A stretch of DNA of 64,000 nt from Amphiscolops sp. MND2022 (lineage: Eukaryota), in NCBI GenBank assembly GCA_964187785.1, contig OZ076409.1:7690001-7754000 (forward strand), given 5' to 3'. Both the position numbers and the translations under genes were made by a program. Shown here piece after piece: positions 63,472-64,000 of this stretch. Each line of letters starts with the position of its first letter. Position 1 is the stretch's first letter. The notes beneath the pieces were generated by a model, which saw only the letters and a program-made list of their open reading frames with translations, was not told the DNA's origin and did not search any database.

Positions 63472-63689
63472 AAACAACTGACAATCCCTGACTCATCACT
63501 AGTACTCAGAAAACAAATACAGAAGAAACTCTCTTTTTTATCCTTCCTTTTTCAAATCAGCACTACGAGTGCGTTTCTTCATCCTGTTCTCCGATTCCTT
63601 TAACAAATAAATACACAGGATACAGAGTAACTCAACAATCAGAAAACTAAAAGAAGATTATAAATACAACAAGATAATGCAAACAACAG

Positions 63690-64000
63690 TCAGTTTTTCT
63701 TGCTTTTCGGAGCTTTAGCAACCACTCTCTTTGAAGTGCCCTCTTGGGTCGGCTCTGAGCAACGACTAAGACTAACATTAAGTGTACCCAATGAAGGATC
63801 AGGGGACGGGGAACTATGTACACTGCTGCGGCGACTCACACTTGGAGTTGTTGAAGTAGAGGAAACGGTAGGTTTCCCAGCACGTAGCACAGCTTGTCGG
63901 TAACCAGTTTCCAATTTACCTTGGAGAGAAGTTTTCCGGGCATTGCTTCCCTTCAGGAAATTCCAAACCGAGAACTTTTTGTCCAATAACAAATCAGTCC
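63690..64000 (-). CDS. Possible 3' end of an antisense ORF downstream of element D pol; product unknown
   Basis: The frame is open from the window edge to the stop at 63690; Ser-rich with a basic C-terminus. Only ~100 codons visible. Confidence 0.35.
   Translation of the reverse strand, partial: TDLLLDKKFSVWNFLKGSNARKTSLQGKLETGYRQAVLRAGKPTVSSTSTTPSVSRRSSVHSSPSPDPSLGTLNVSLSRCSEPTQEGTSKRVVAKAPKSKKN

Larger units (their letters stand above)
56024..64000 (+). mobile_element. Element D: nearly intact Ty3/Gypsy LTR retrotransposon (3' end beyond window)
   Basis: LTR-like block, intact gag, and pol with a single in-frame stop. Same protein family as element A. Confidence 0.95.

Overview
This is eukaryotic, repeat-dense DNA, probably from an invertebrate animal; the species cannot be determined from this window. 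I found no host gene, rRNA, tRNA or CRISPR array. Four Ty3/Gypsy LTR retrotransposons dominate. (A) A decayed minus-strand element at 1-5196, cut by the window edge. (B) A complete, very A-rich 18.3 kb element at 13327-31651 with paired 283-bp LTRs, decayed gag/pol and a frameshifted env-like gene. By eye this env matches the chuvirus-G/herpes-gB-type (class III) fusion glycoproteins. (C) A complete, young, GC-richer 19.3 kb element at 33190-52472 with near-identical ~720-bp LTRs. Its originally single Gag-Pol ORF (~3200 aa) appears to carry a duplicated protease and ends in two tandem TARG1/OARD1-like macrodomains. A separate ~1370-aa ORF3 follows, containing a degenerate SGNH/GDSL-hydrolase-like domain. 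(D) A nearly intact element starting at 56024 and running off the window, related to A, with a UUUAAAC -1 frameshift site. Between these lie a hAT-type MITE, other TIR/foldback elements, four DINE-1/HINE-like repeats and the 3' remnant of a LINE. All domain calls come from motif recognition by eye; no database search was run.
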